Assembly (NCBI GenBank): GCA_963827685.1
Contig: CAWHBU010000003.1
Location: 960,001 to 1,024,000 of the forward strand
Reading direction: 5' to 3'
DNA from: an uncultured delta proteobacterium
Lineage (GTDB): Bacteria; Desulfobacterota; BSN033; UBA1163
DNA length: 64,000 bases
Each line of letters begins with the position of its first letter. The stretch's first letter is position 1. Position numbers and translations under genes: made by a program. This document shows positions 39,087-49,749 of the stretch, in pieces. The notes beneath the pieces are model-generated. The model saw nothing but the letters and a program-made list of their open reading frames with translations, had not been told where the DNA came from and ran no database searches.

Positions 39087-39992
39087 ATGGTAATGACGAA
39101 CTTTTCTCAAGATGGCGCACACGAAAAGAGATGGGCTGCAATGAGTTCTGTCATTGCGGCTGTGGGCTTGACGGGTTTCAAGATTATCGTAGGGCTTACC
39201 ACAGGAAGTCTGGGCATTCTCGCCGAAGCGGCCCATTCCGGACTTGATCTCATGGCTGCGCTGATGACCTTCCTGGCAGTCAGAATTTCCGGCAAACCAG
39301 CGGACAGCACTCACCTTTACGGCCACGGTAAAGCAGAAAACCTCTCTGCACTTTTTGAAACCCTGCTGCTTCTGGTGACATGCTTTTGGATCATCTACGA
39401 GGCCACCCACCGTCTTCTGTTTCATCCGGTTGATTTGAAAGTCACCTTCTGGTCTTTCGCCGTCATGATCACATCCATCGGGGTAGATATCTCCCGTTCT
39501 CGTGTCCTTTATCGGGCAGCCAGGAAGTATCACAGCCAGGCCCTTGAAGCCGATGCCTTGCACTTCAGTACCGATATCTGGAGCTCTGCTGTAGTCATCT
39601 TGGGACTGGTTTGTGTGAAGATCAGTGGGTGGGTACCGGGTTTGGCGTTCCTGCACCAAGCGGATTCGGTCGCAGCCATCATGGTGGGATTGATTGTGGT
39701 TTACATCAGTGTAAAACTCGGGATTAGCACGATCCAAGCACTCTTGGACGTTGCTCCATCAGGCATTGAAAGAGAAATCATATCTGCGGTAGAAGTCCTC
39801 CCAGGCGTAACCGATTGTCACAACGTGAGGGTGCGTTACTCAGGTCCGCAGCTTTTTGTGGACATCCATGTCCTCGTGGATGGCAACCAAACCTTAAAAG
39901 AAGCCCACAATCTTACGGAAGAAATCGAGCGTACCATCCAGAAGCTTGCACCGAATGCTGATGTCACTGTCCACCCTGAGCCAAACTTGTAA
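39087..39992 (+). CDS. Cation diffusion facilitator transporter
   Basis: AEAAHSGLD, HLYGHGKAE, ADALHFSTD, VTVHPEP. Confidence 0.95.
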   Translation: MVMTNFSQDGAHEKRWAAMSSVIAAVGLTGFKIIVGLTTGSLGILAEAAHSGLDLMAALMTFLAVRISGKPADSTHLYGHGKAENLSALFETLLLLVTCFWIIYEATHRLLFHPVDLKVTFWSFAVMITSIGVDISRSRVLYRAARKYHSQALEADALHFSTDIWSSAVVILGLVCVKISGWVPGLAFLHQADSVAAIMVGLIVVYISVKLGISTIQALLDVAPSGIEREIISAVEVLPGVTDCHNVRVRYSGPQLFVDIHVLVDGNQTLKEAHNLTEEIERTIQKLAPNADVTVHPEPNL

Positions 39993-40065
39993 TGAGGAGT
40001 TTGGGGAGCTATTCTAAAAAGTATTTTTCTTATAAACTACATGATGATAGTTATTGGGAGGGAGG

Positions 40066-40800
40066 ATGGGAAAAGAGATCGAGAAGAATGGACAGAGTAA
40101 GGTTAATGGGTCAAAACTGAAACCACCTTATCTGGAAAAGATCGATGAACGAGGCAATCTGCAGGTATGGATTGTTGATGGCAGTTACATTCGGGGCCAT
40201 ATCGATGAGGAATTCACTAATTTTGGACAACATTATAGTTTCCCTTACATCCCCAAAAACGAACTCTGGATTGAGATGGAAACCAAAACCAATGAGCGGC
40301 AGTTCTTCATTGATCATCTGCTGGTGGAGCATCGGTTAATGGCACAGGGTGTTCCCTATAACAAGTCTCTGGAAGAAGCGGATAGGGTGGAACGAAAAGA
40401 GAGGCGCCGCGCTGGAGATGTGGGCCGTTTAACACATCATGGTAAGGAACTCCCGGATGGTCGAGAGGTTCACCAGCGGCTTTGGAAAAAACTCGAGAAT
40501 GGCGTTAGTGTCTGGATCATCAACGGTCGCCTTGTTCGAAGCGTGTTTGATATCGACTTTACTGAAGGCGGGCATGATTATGTTTACGAATTTGTGCCGG
40601 AAAACGAAGTCTGGATTGACGATGCCATGGAAGAGAAAGAGCGTGGTTATGTGCTTTTGCATGAACTGCACGAACGTAATCGTATGGCCAGTGGCTGGTC
40701 ATACAACAAGGCCCACGCCGAATCCAGCCGAATCGAAAATCGCTGTCGCCATCATCCCGAAGAGCTGCACGAGGCATTAGCAGCCGAGGGCTGGGAGTGA
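40066..40800 (+). CDS. Hypothetical protein with internally duplicated domain and HExxE motif
   Basis: Two repeats VWIxxGxxxR..D..FT..G.H....P.NE.WI; second repeat carries LLHELHE...KAH. Confidence 0.75.
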   Translation: MGKEIEKNGQSKVNGSKLKPPYLEKIDERGNLQVWIVDGSYIRGHIDEEFTNFGQHYSFPYIPKNELWIEMETKTNERQFFIDHLLVEHRLMAQGVPYNKSLEEADRVERKERRRAGDVGRLTHHGKELPDGREVHQRLWKKLENGVSVWIINGRLVRSVFDIDFTEGGHDYVYEFVPENEVWIDDAMEEKERGYVLLHELHERNRMASGWSYNKAHAESSRIENRCRHHPEELHEALAAEGWE

Positions 40801-40817
40801 GGGACTACTCCGTCCGT

Positions 40818-41828
40818 TTACGGTTTGAACGCCTCAACCAATGCATCCATGTGCTCCCCTTTCTGGAGGAGGTGGATTTCAATAAAACCTGCCTGTTCTA
40901 AGCAAGCCTTGATTTCATCGTAAGTATACGTCCTGCCAGCAGCAGTGGAGACGAGCATATTGACGGCGAAGAGGGCGCCTTCCTTCGGGCGGGTCCGGTC
41001 CGGCTCCATGATGTGATCACGAATGACAACCCGGCCGCCCCGTTTCAGAGACTGGAACACGTTGCGAAAGAGGCTCACATTTTGTTCCAGGCTGTTCTGG
41101 TGAATGATAGCCGAGATGAACGTCAAGTCATGGCCGGCCGGTAGCTTGTCCTGATAAAAATCGCCTGGAACCAAGGTTACCCGATCCAAAACCCCTGCCT
41201 TCCCTAAGCGTTGACGGGCTATCTCAATGACATCCGGTTTGTCGAATAAGGTCGCCTTCATTTCGGGAGCGGCCTGAAGAAAAGCTACGGTGTAAGTCCC
41301 GGAAGCCCCGCCCACATCGAGTAAGGTTCTTGCTGGGCCGGCATGGATATCCGCAACAATCTGGGGGGCTAAGGGCTTCGCGATGACGTCCATGGCCCCG
41401 ATGAAGGCTCGCAGCTCATCAGAACCTTGAAAAGAAGCAGTCAACTGATCGGACACTTGAGCGCCCCGGACGATACTCGTCAGGCTGGACCATCTCCTCC
41501 AGAGGCTGGCCATATGGAGAACCATGGGTAGAACCGAATCAGGAGTATCTGCAGAAAGAAAACGTGAGACGGAAGGGGGACATTGATAGGCCTCTCCTCG
41601 CTTGACCAGAAGGCCCATTGCCGAAAGAGCGTCCAAGAAGATCGTTAAACCCCTTGTGTCAGCACCGATTCTGCTCGCCACTTCCTGGACGGGGAGAGGA
41701 GTTGGCGTAAGAATGGTGAAGAGGTTAAGTTCGGCGGCCGAAAGAAAAACTCGGGATTCCATAAAACTGCGAGCCAAACCCAAGACATCTTGTAAATTGA
41801 CATGGTTCATTTCGTTCATCTTATCCAT
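40818..41828 (-). CDS. O-methyltransferase with dimerisation domain
   Basis: AAELNLF N-terminus, LDVGGASG, PGDFY. Confidence 0.9.
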   Translation of the reverse strand: MDKMNEMNHVNLQDVLGLARSFMESRVFLSAAELNLFTILTPTPLPVQEVASRIGADTRGLTIFLDALSAMGLLVKRGEAYQCPPSVSRFLSADTPDSVLPMVLHMASLWRRWSSLTSIVRGAQVSDQLTASFQGSDELRAFIGAMDVIAKPLAPQIVADIHAGPARTLLDVGGASGTYTVAFLQAAPEMKATLFDKPDVIEIARQRLGKAGVLDRVTLVPGDFYQDKLPAGHDLTFISAIIHQNSLEQNVSLFRNVFQSLKRGGRVVIRDHIMEPDRTRPKEGALFAVNMLVSTAAGRTYTYDEIKACLEQAGFIEIHLLQKGEHMDALVEAFKP

Positions 41829-42067
41829 CTCCTCATCATCTATCGCAAATAAGCCGAAGAAGGGTTGCTTAGGTGTCCGCCTCGATTAAATACATACAGA
41901 CCTATCCTCAATGATTCTATTTTACATGGTTTCTTCCCGCTTGCCACCCCGAAGAACTACTCAAAGTAGGGTATTTTTCTTTGAGAAATACCGAGTAGAC
42001 CTCATTCATTTCTCCACGCCTTTTAGATAAGGTGGTTACAGGTAAAATCCGAAAGGAGGGGAAAACA

Positions 42068-42454
42068 ATGGCAAAGGTTTTTATTGGAATCATGGGACTG
42101 TTATTAATATCCCTTCTTTTAAGAATGAATCATTTTTCAAGAGAGAACAATTTGGTGCAGCTTGCTGTTGAAACGGTGAGAATCCAGGCGGATCTGCCTG
42201 ACGAGGTGGAAGTTAAATTTGTTGAGAAGCGAGAGAGTCCAATCCCTGACTTTTACATGGTTAAATTACTCGTCGTAAGGAATGATGAAGAGGTTCCAAT
42301 TGTGGTCTATGTCGATAGATCTGCCGAAAAGGTTATTGTTGGAACCCTTTTCATCAAAGGAGAAGATGTAACACTAAGAGAAGCAGGAGAACCTCGAATC
42401 CCGAAAATCGACTTGGGAAAGGTTGAACTTGGAAAAACCTCCCTTTTTTACTGA
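42068..42454 (+). CDS. Exported protein resembling a DsbC N-terminal domain, probably truncated
   Basis: Signal/TM segment, ESPIPDFYMV, VYVD...IVGTLF; no CxxC domain. Confidence 0.5.
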   Translation: MAKVFIGIMGLLLISLLLRMNHFSRENNLVQLAVETVRIQADLPDEVEVKFVEKRESPIPDFYMVKLLVVRNDEEVPIVVYVDRSAEKVIVGTLFIKGEDVTLREAGEPRIPKIDLGKVELGKTSLFY

Positions 42455-42917
42455 ATGTTTCAGCCTCAATCCGTCACAACGTTATGTCCCCTGCCCCCAT
42501 TATCTTTTGCTTTATCTAATCCGCATTCGGCAATACTTTTTTCAAACGATTCTCCAATATCTTGAAAATCAATGGCCACAAAGAATCCTTCCATTTGAGG
42601 TTTACATAATTTGCACAGAAGTGTCCGAAACTGGCAATCGCTGGAAGGAATTGATAGGGAAAATTGCAAGTCCTTTTACTGGACTACCCTTCGAAGAAGG
42701 CTGCGAGGTGAGCATTCAGGTCAAAAATCAATAAGGCGACAAGAATAGGTGAAACTACCATTTGTGCCGCATCTGTATTCGAAAAAGGATTCAAAATGTA
42801 TTGAAATGATTAAGAGTTATAAAATTATTTCATCTTCTCTCCTCATCCCACCTTTGATGAATAAACATCACTTTCCCCCCTAAGAAACCAACAAGACCAT
42901 TGAGACCTTAAATAGGA

Positions 42918-42933
42918 TGGCAAGAAAATTGCA
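42918..42933 (+). promoter_or_regulatory. sigma54 -24/-12 promoter
   Basis: TGGCAAgaaaaTTGCA about 45 bp before the RDD gene. Confidence 0.6.
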
Positions 42934-42975
42934 TTTATCATTGAATATTCTTAAGAATCCAGGAGGAAATGCACA

Positions 42976-44538
42976 GTGGAAGAGGAAATCTTGGAATTGC
43001 CAGTGAGCTTTGAGAAAGAAAAAAAGAAAAATACCAGACTCGCCATAGGCGTTGTGTCCCTTGGAGTTGCGGGTTTCCTTGGCATATATATTTTCTCCTT
43101 TCTGATCATGATCTATTCCCCTGGATGGATCTTTAATCTATTTCCCTTCCCTTCTTTTTCAGAAAGTGTCGTCGGTTTTAAAGGGAATCTGTTCCTATTT
43201 TCCAAATCAATTAAATTCAAAGGAAGAAGCTTTGAAAATCCTCCCGAAGAAAAAATGACGCTGAAAGTATTCGATGGCAAATCCGTATCAGAACCCCAAG
43301 AGATCAAAAACTTCGCCTCTCTTTATCCCACTGAAGATAAGATTTATTTTTTTGATAAAGGAATTTATAGGACTTTTGACGGAAAGAATTGGGAGGTTTT
43401 CAAAAACCCGGCCATCGGGAATACTCCCAAGGGGGCTGTGGGAACGGAGGGGATATATATTTTAAGCACGACGAGAAAAAGACCTGAGCTCAAACTCATT
43501 TCAGGAAACGAGGTAAAAGACATACCTTTCCCTGAAGATGAAATGAAAGAGAAATTGTATGTCTGTTCTTCCAAAATTCTCTGTCTTGGAAACGAACTCT
43601 ATCTCTTCTACAAGAATGATGACGGTCTCTTTTGTTCCAAATATGATGGAAAGAATTGGAGCCAGCCTGACAGGTTTGAAGACGAAGGAAACTACAAAGC
43701 TCTCTTATTTAAAGATGGCATTTTACTTTTTCAAATGGATTATTGTAAACGCCAAAAAATTACTCTAAGAGCTTATGCAAAGAACTCCTGGTCGGAACCA
43801 AAGACGGTCAACGTACCAGGAACATCTCTCCACTTTGATCTCACGCCCGCTGTTTTTGCGGAAAGGCCGATCCTCTATCAGCAAGGATTCTTTTCTGAGA
43901 AGTATTATTCCATAGATGAAGGCCAGGTTTCCGGCCCTTTCAAAATAAGCAGTCCGTTCTTTTTCTCTCTAAGTATATGGAAAATTGTTCTCATTACCAT
44001 TTTACCAGCGGCGATTTACTTCCTTCTGGCTTTTCTTCTCTCCTTCTTCATCGGGAAGTTTAAAATGAAGAGATGGAGAATTGATTCAAAAGAATATGAG
44101 TTTGCCAGCCTCTGGAGACGCTTTCTTGCGAACTATATCGACACCCTTATCCTGATGGCTCCTTTTGCTGCCCCTGCATATTTTCTTTTTAAGGACGATA
44201 CCTTCTTTGACAATCCTTTCAGGTTTTTCGCCCTCTTTCTCTTCTCCATGCTGGGGATGATCTTGGTGGGCTACTTTTACTATTCGCTATTGGAAGGAAT
44301 CTGGGGGAAGACGATTGGAAAAAAGATTTGTGGCATTGTCGTGTTAAAGGACAATTTTACAAAATGCACTATCTCCAAGGGACTTCTAAGAAACCTCCTA
44401 AGGATTGTGGACTTTTTTTTCTATTATCTGGTGGGAGTTGTCTCCGTGGTGGGTACGATGAAATGGCAGAGGCTCGGAGATATTGTGGCAGAGACCATCG
44501 TGGTGAGAGATCATCGAGTCTCCCAAACTTTTTCTTAG
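42976..44538 (+). CDS. RDD-family membrane protein with large extracytoplasmic beta-rich domain
   Basis: ASLWRRFLANYID, GKTIGKK, QRLGD; DGKNW repeats. Confidence 0.85.
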   Translation: MEEEILELPVSFEKEKKKNTRLAIGVVSLGVAGFLGIYIFSFLIMIYSPGWIFNLFPFPSFSESVVGFKGNLFLFSKSIKFKGRSFENPPEEKMTLKVFDGKSVSEPQEIKNFASLYPTEDKIYFFDKGIYRTFDGKNWEVFKNPAIGNTPKGAVGTEGIYILSTTRKRPELKLISGNEVKDIPFPEDEMKEKLYVCSSKILCLGNELYLFYKNDDGLFCSKYDGKNWSQPDRFEDEGNYKALLFKDGILLFQMDYCKRQKITLRAYAKNSWSEPKTVNVPGTSLHFDLTPAVFAERPILYQQGFFSEKYYSIDEGQVSGPFKISSPFFFSLSIWKIVLITILPAAIYFLLAFLLSFFIGKFKMKRWRIDSKEYEFASLWRRFLANYIDTLILMAPFAAPAYFLFKDDTFFDNPFRFFALFLFSMLGMILVGYFYYSLLEGIWGKTIGKKICGIVVLKDNFTKCTISKGLLRNLLRIVDFFFYYLVGVVSVVGTMKWQRLGDIVAETIVVRDHRVSQTFS

Positions 44539-44731
44539 CCTTATCCTGCGCGCCCAGAGAACGTACTCAGATATCCATTGTGGTTTAAGCCCCAACCAAA
44601 CTTCCGCCCAGTAACTACTTCCTGAAGTCTTGCTTTTAGAGTTATCCCCGAGAATGCGATATTTCAAATGTAAATCTTCAATCTATGCTTGAAAAAAAGG
44701 AGGCTATTTTCAAGGCGTGGTTATTATTGGA

Positions 44732-44760
44732 TTGACATACATGACCGTTTCCCCTATAGT
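44732..44760 (+). promoter_or_regulatory. sigma70 promoter
   Basis: TTGACA-17-TATAGT upstream of the SDR gene. Confidence 0.65.
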
Positions 44761-44809
44761 TCCTTCCATAATAAAGAAGTTCCTATCAAAGTACGTCAAA
44801 GAGGTTTGT

Positions 44810-45610
44810 ATGGGAAACCGCTTACAGGGTAAGGTTGCCATCGTCGCCGGTGCCGGGCAGACACCGGGGGATACAATCGGGAACGGAAGGGCTATGGCTG
44901 TTCTCTTCGCCCGGGAAGGGGCAAAGGTCATGCTCGTTGACCGGCGGTTGGAATCCGCAATGGTAACGGAAGCCATCATCAAAAAAGAAGGTGGTGAAGC
45001 CTTTGCCTTCGAGGCCGACATCACAAAATCAGAGGATTGCCGGGCAATGACCGATGCATGCGTCAACCGATACCATCGAATTGACATCCTCGTAAACAAC
45101 GTGGGAATCGGCAAAGGCGATGCAGGGCCGGTGAAGTTAGCTGAAGAGGACTGGGATAATATATCCAGGGTGAATCTGAAAGGAATGTTTCTCGCCTGCA
45201 AATATGTTCTCCCCGTCATGGAGCAACAGGAGCGCGGTTCCATTATAAACATCTCGTCCGCGGCCGCCGTATGTGCCGTAAGCATGCTGGCATACAAGAC
45301 ATCGAAGGCCGGCGTTAATGCCCTGACACATTCGATTGCCATGGAGTATGCTAAGAAAGGCATTCGTGTCAACGCCATCATGCCCGGCCTCATGAAAACA
45401 CCGATGGCGATTGAAGGCATTTCACAGGCCAGGGGTATCGCCAAGGATGAACTGATCAAGATGAGAGATAAAAGGGTGCCCCTCAAGGGAGGTATGGGTG
45501 ATGCCTGGGATACAGCCTATGCGGCGCTCTTCCTCGCTTCCGACGAAGCCAAGTTCATCACCTCGGTCATCCTTCCGGTTGACGGCGGGCAATGCTCTAA
45601 AATAGGGTGA
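44810..45610 (+). CDS. SDR oxidoreductase
   Basis: NNVGI, NISS, YKTSK (YxxxK), VNAIMPG, VDGG. Confidence 0.95.
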   Translation: MGNRLQGKVAIVAGAGQTPGDTIGNGRAMAVLFAREGAKVMLVDRRLESAMVTEAIIKKEGGEAFAFEADITKSEDCRAMTDACVNRYHRIDILVNNVGIGKGDAGPVKLAEEDWDNISRVNLKGMFLACKYVLPVMEQQERGSIINISSAAAVCAVSMLAYKTSKAGVNALTHSIAMEYAKKGIRVNAIMPGLMKTPMAIEGISQARGIAKDELIKMRDKRVPLKGGMGDAWDTAYAALFLASDEAKFITSVILPVDGGQCSKIG

Positions 45611-45645
45611 AACACAAAGCATGCGAAGAGAGGAGATGTGTATTC

Positions 45646-46200
45646 ATGGCAAGAGTATCGATCCCCTCGAAAGACCGGGTCAGTGATGAATTGAAGGATG
45701 TTTTTCAAAACATGGAGCGGCGCGGAGGTCAAGTCCTTAACATATACAAAGTCATGGCACACTGTCCCAGGGTCGGCAGGGAATTTCTACGGCTCGGAAA
45801 CGCCATACTCTTCAACGGGAGCCTCCCTCCAAAGATTAGAGAACTTGCCATTCTCCGGGTTGGCGATCTTGCGGAAGCCACATATGAGTGGACGCAGCAT
45901 GTTCCCATCGGGCTCAAGGCAGGGCTCACAGAGCAGCAGATCAAAACGATGCACCGATGGAAAGATTCACCTCTCTTCAGCGATCAGGAACGGGCGGTTC
46001 TTCAATATACCGATGAGGTAGCACAGAATATCCGCGTCTCGGAAGAAACATTTAGGGCCGTCAGGGATTTTCTCACCGAAGAACAGGTTGTCGAGCTGAC
46101 AACAACCATTGGATATTACGGGATGGTGTCGCGCATCCTTGAAGCGCTTGAAATCGAACTCGAAGAAAACAAACAGCCATTGAAACAAGGGGTCGACTAA
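45646..46200 (+). CDS. Carboxymuconolactone decarboxylase/AhpD-like protein
   Basis: RELAILRV, YEWTQH, ERAVL.YTDE, VEL...IGYY. Confidence 0.9.
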   Translation: MARVSIPSKDRVSDELKDVFQNMERRGGQVLNIYKVMAHCPRVGREFLRLGNAILFNGSLPPKIRELAILRVGDLAEATYEWTQHVPIGLKAGLTEQQIKTMHRWKDSPLFSDQERAVLQYTDEVAQNIRVSEETFRAVRDFLTEEQVVELTTTIGYYGMVSRILEALEIELEENKQPLKQGVD

Positions 46201-46488
46201 CGGGCAGGTCTCGACAATCAACAAAGCTTTGTCAAAATTTGCGACCAGACCCCGTTACCATTCTACATTGTCGCGCATGCAGGGACGTGCTCAGGGAGTA
46301 GTTAGGTTTGTTAAATAAGTGCCGTTTGCAAGCAACCCTGGACTTCACAGAATAATTTAAAAATACTTAACCACCCCTTCAAGGCTATTCATACCTTTAC
46401 CATATCTTGACTTTCCTGTAGCGATAAATTATTTCTTAAAGAGGGTCAGAAATCCTATCAATGAATCAGAACGAAGGAGAATAACACT

Positions 46489-47049
46489 ATGAAGGTTGTT
46501 GCGTTTAATGGCAGCCCCAGGAAGGACGGCAATACGACCATCCTCATTAACCACGTCTTCCGTGAACTTGAAAAAGAAGGAGTTGAAACAGAATTAGTGC
46601 AGCTTTCGGGAAAGAAAATTCATGGTTGTATTGCCTGTTACAAATGCTTTGAAAATAAGGATCAACGCTGCGCTGTGAAAGACGACATTGCCAATGAGTG
46701 CATTGAAAAGATGATTAAGGCAGAGGGCATTATCTTGGGTTCGCCTGTCTATTTTACCGATGTGACAGCTGAAATGAAGGCCCTCATTGATCGTGCTGGG
46801 TTTGTATCGATGGCCAATGGTGGAATGTATAAAAACAAGGTTGGCGCTGCTGTGGTCGCGGTGCGTCGTTCCGGGGCTATACATACCCTTGATACGATGA
46901 GTCACTTTTTTCTTGCCGGGCAAATGATCATCATTGGCAGAGGGATTGGTGTTGGAAGAGATAAGGGGGAAGTGGAAAAGGATGAAGAAGGTATGCAGGC
47001 CGTAAAAGCGCTTGGACAAAGGATGGCCTGGTTGCTTAAAAAACTATAA
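46489..47049 (+). CDS. Iron-sulfur flavoprotein (paralogue of 23792)
   Basis: NGSPRKDGNT, CIACYKC...C, GSPVY. Confidence 0.9.
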   Translation: MKVVAFNGSPRKDGNTTILINHVFRELEKEGVETELVQLSGKKIHGCIACYKCFENKDQRCAVKDDIANECIEKMIKAEGIILGSPVYFTDVTAEMKALIDRAGFVSMANGGMYKNKVGAAVVAVRRSGAIHTLDTMSHFFLAGQMIIIGRGIGVGRDKGEVEKDEEGMQAVKALGQRMAWLLKKL

Positions 47050-47283
47050 CGAAGGAAAATTAGTTAACGATTAATTTGAAAAAAAGCAGACGTTTGAAGA
47101 TTGGGTTCGTCAACTTCTTCGGTTGAATAATTTCCATAAAATATGTATATTCTAACCAACAATCTATAGGATGGAGACGAAGATATTTTTTCGGTCGATG
47201 GAGACAAGGCTGATTATCCGTTTATCCGACACAACCATCGGCTTCCGGCCAGTATTCAGCTAACGTCAGCATTAGGAGCATCT

Positions 47284-48234
47284 ATGCGTATACTCATCGT
47301 CATTTTGCTTGCAACGGCGTTTGCCACGCCACTGTCTCTGAATGCTGAACAGAGAGAAGGTCTCGGAATGTGGGTATGGTCAAATTCGTCCTTCTCAACA
47401 CAGGAAGCGAGGCAACAACTTGTTCAATTCTGTGTCAAGCACCATGTCATACATCTCGATGTCCACATTAGAATGACACACGATAGCAGCAAGCCAATCT
47501 TGAAAGATGCGGAGGCTTTTGAGGACCTCATCGCGTTGGCCGGGCAACACAACATCACAACAGCCGCCCTTCGTGGCAGTCCGAAGATGTTCTTCTCCAA
47601 GAACCATGAGCGGACGCTACAAGAATTGCGGGCCATCGTTGCTTTTAGCGAAACGCTGCCCCAGGACACTTTATTCAAAGGAATAAAGTACGATGTTGAA
47701 CCCTATTGTACAAAAGAATGGAAGGCTGGAAGGACGCCCCTTTACCCGATGATGCATGACTACCTTACTTTCCTCCGCAAGGCACGATCCTTTTTGGATA
47801 AAGAAGCACCTCACCTCTGGCTCGCGGCAGATACGCCATTTTGGTGGGACAAAGACAGGTTTGCCCTGGAGTTCGACGGAAAAAGAAAACGGTTCAATGA
47901 GCATGTACAGGATCTGACGGACTTCATCACTATTATGTCATATCGGCGTTCCTCTCGGAAGGTTTTAGACTGCGTGGAAGATGAACGGAGGTATGCACAG
48001 CGGATAAAGAAGGTTATTTTCCCGTCACTCGAGACGGGTAAGCTAACGCGAGATCCGCACATTAGCTTCTGGGGGGCACCCAACGAAGAGTTTTGGAAGG
48101 TTCTTCCCGAGTTGCTGGAGGCAGGAAAACGAGACCCGGCAATTGGCGGAGTCATGATTCATTCTTATTGTAGCCTTTTCGAAAAAATCAACCAGGACAC
48201 TCCTTATAAACCGGGGCAAGTGACGCCCGAATAG
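47284..48234 (+). CDS. Secreted glycoside-hydrolase-like (TIM barrel) hypothetical protein
   Basis: Signal peptide, MWVW, GIKYDVEPY (DxE), IMSYR. Confidence 0.6.
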   Translation: MRILIVILLATAFATPLSLNAEQREGLGMWVWSNSSFSTQEARQQLVQFCVKHHVIHLDVHIRMTHDSSKPILKDAEAFEDLIALAGQHNITTAALRGSPKMFFSKNHERTLQELRAIVAFSETLPQDTLFKGIKYDVEPYCTKEWKAGRTPLYPMMHDYLTFLRKARSFLDKEAPHLWLAADTPFWWDKDRFALEFDGKRKRFNEHVQDLTDFITIMSYRRSSRKVLDCVEDERRYAQRIKKVIFPSLETGKLTRDPHISFWGAPNEEFWKVLPELLEAGKRDPAIGGVMIHSYCSLFEKINQDTPYKPGQVTPE

Positions 48235-48339
48235 TCTTCACCCAAAGACATTTTTACAGATGCAAGCGCCAAAGACAACGGTTTGGGGTCAGCCCTTGCT
48301 GCCGCGAAACCTGGACACAAGCAGAGCTCTTTACGTCTC

Positions 48340-49749
48340 TTATCGGGTCATCCACGATCTCGACCGCACTGTGAGGATGGCGTAAGGAAATATCCAGAGT
48401 AAAGTAAAGAAAGAAAAAAAGGCATAGAAAATGCCATAAAGAAAGTCCCAGGACTTTTCTCGCAGGAGATAGTACAACATATTCAGGAATGACATCATTC
48501 CCATAGCAAAGAGAAACCGTATGATCGTCATCGGATCATGAAACGATAGGATCACAAGCAGAGATAAGCTCACGTACCCGATAGGATACCGAATATTCGT
48601 TACGAATTTATCCAGGAGTGCGATCGCGAGAGCCGGGGGGGGTCTCTTCCATATGATCCGCGTTAAGCGGATTTCCTCACGGACGTAGCTTCTATCCCAA
48701 CGGAGGTACATCTTGCATAATTTCCTGTACGTCCACGGAACAATAGTACGCACTACAGCAGAACGCTGGTAAACAGTATTGTATCCTCGGTCCAGAATGT
48801 AGTTTGTCAATGCACGATCCTCGCCGTAGGTACACTGCCTTCCGAGAAATGTCTGCCCCATCCACTGGTCTAACACCTTATACACCACTGATCGGCGGTA
48901 TCCCGCGAGAGCACCTGGACAACAGTAGACGGTTCCGTAGGATGACTGGACGGCACGCAGAAAGTCGAATGACAAGACATATCTCACATGAAGCATCTTT
49001 GGGATGAGCCCCTGGTTTCTGTTATAGGCGATTACCTTTCCCGCGACCGCGCCCACCTTGGGATCACGGAAGGGCCCCACTATAGCAAGCAGGGTACCCG
49101 GGCCGATCACGCTATCAGAATCAATCGTTACGACTATGTCACCGCGTGCCCGTCGAAATCCCGCCTCGAGCGCTGCACGCTTCCCCCGGTTCACCGAAAA
49201 CTTTAGAGGTGTCACGATATCGGGGTAATTTTTAGCTGCAGCCTGGATATGGAGCCACGTGTCGTCCTTGCTGCCATCATCCACAACAAAAATCTCCAAA
49301 CGATCATGTGGATACAAGGCCGCCGCCACGGAATCAATCGATTTTCTTACCATCCGTCCTTCATTGTAGGCCGGAATAATGACTGTCAGCGATGGGGCAT
49401 CGCCCATATCGGCCGAAGGAAAGGGCCGATATCCAAACCAGGCTATGCTGCGGAAGACGAGAAGTACAATACCCATCATGCCCCACCACAGGCTGGGACG
49501 CACAACTAACTTGGACCAATGAGCCGCCTTAGCAGCCTGGAAGAGGGGTTGAAAGAGACGACCCGTAAAGGTCATGTAGACAACCAGTGCGAGGCCAATG
49601 ATAATCAATAACCTAATGATCCACTCTGCGATTTCGGGAGCCGATTCGGCAGCGACAAACTCCTTAACCGCCGGTGCCGATACGATCTCGCTTCCCCAAA
49701 TATCTTCCTGAGTATCATTAAGAAAATCTACCTGTTGCATTGTTAACAA
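48340..49749 (-). CDS. Processive GT2, hyaluronan synthase/NodC-like
   Basis: PAYNE, DDGSKD, GKR, DSDS, CCPGALAGYR, GEDRALTN, MYLRWDRS, C-terminal WMTR. Confidence 0.85.
   Translation of the reverse strand: MLTMQQVDFLNDTQEDIWGSEIVSAPAVKEFVAAESAPEIAEWIIRLLIIIGLALVVYMTFTGRLFQPLFQAAKAAHWSKLVVRPSLWWGMMGIVLLVFRSIAWFGYRPFPSADMGDAPSLTVIIPAYNEGRMVRKSIDSVAAALYPHDRLEIFVVDDGSKDDTWLHIQAAAKNYPDIVTPLKFSVNRGKRAALEAGFRRARGDIVVTIDSDSVIGPGTLLAIVGPFRDPKVGAVAGKVIAYNRNQGLIPKMLHVRYVLSFDFLRAVQSSYGTVYCCPGALAGYRRSVVYKVLDQWMGQTFLGRQCTYGEDRALTNYILDRGYNTVYQRSAVVRTIVPWTYRKLCKMYLRWDRSYVREEIRLTRIIWKRPPPALAIALLDKFVTNIRYPIGYVSLSLLVILSFHDPMTIIRFLFAMGMMSFLNMLYYLLREKSWDFLYGIFYAFFSFFTLLWIFPYAILTVRSRSWMTR

Noticed and set aside
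48201-48234. attC left arm at the end of the 47284 gene
   Set aside because: Vague resemblance only; no right arm or GTT core site
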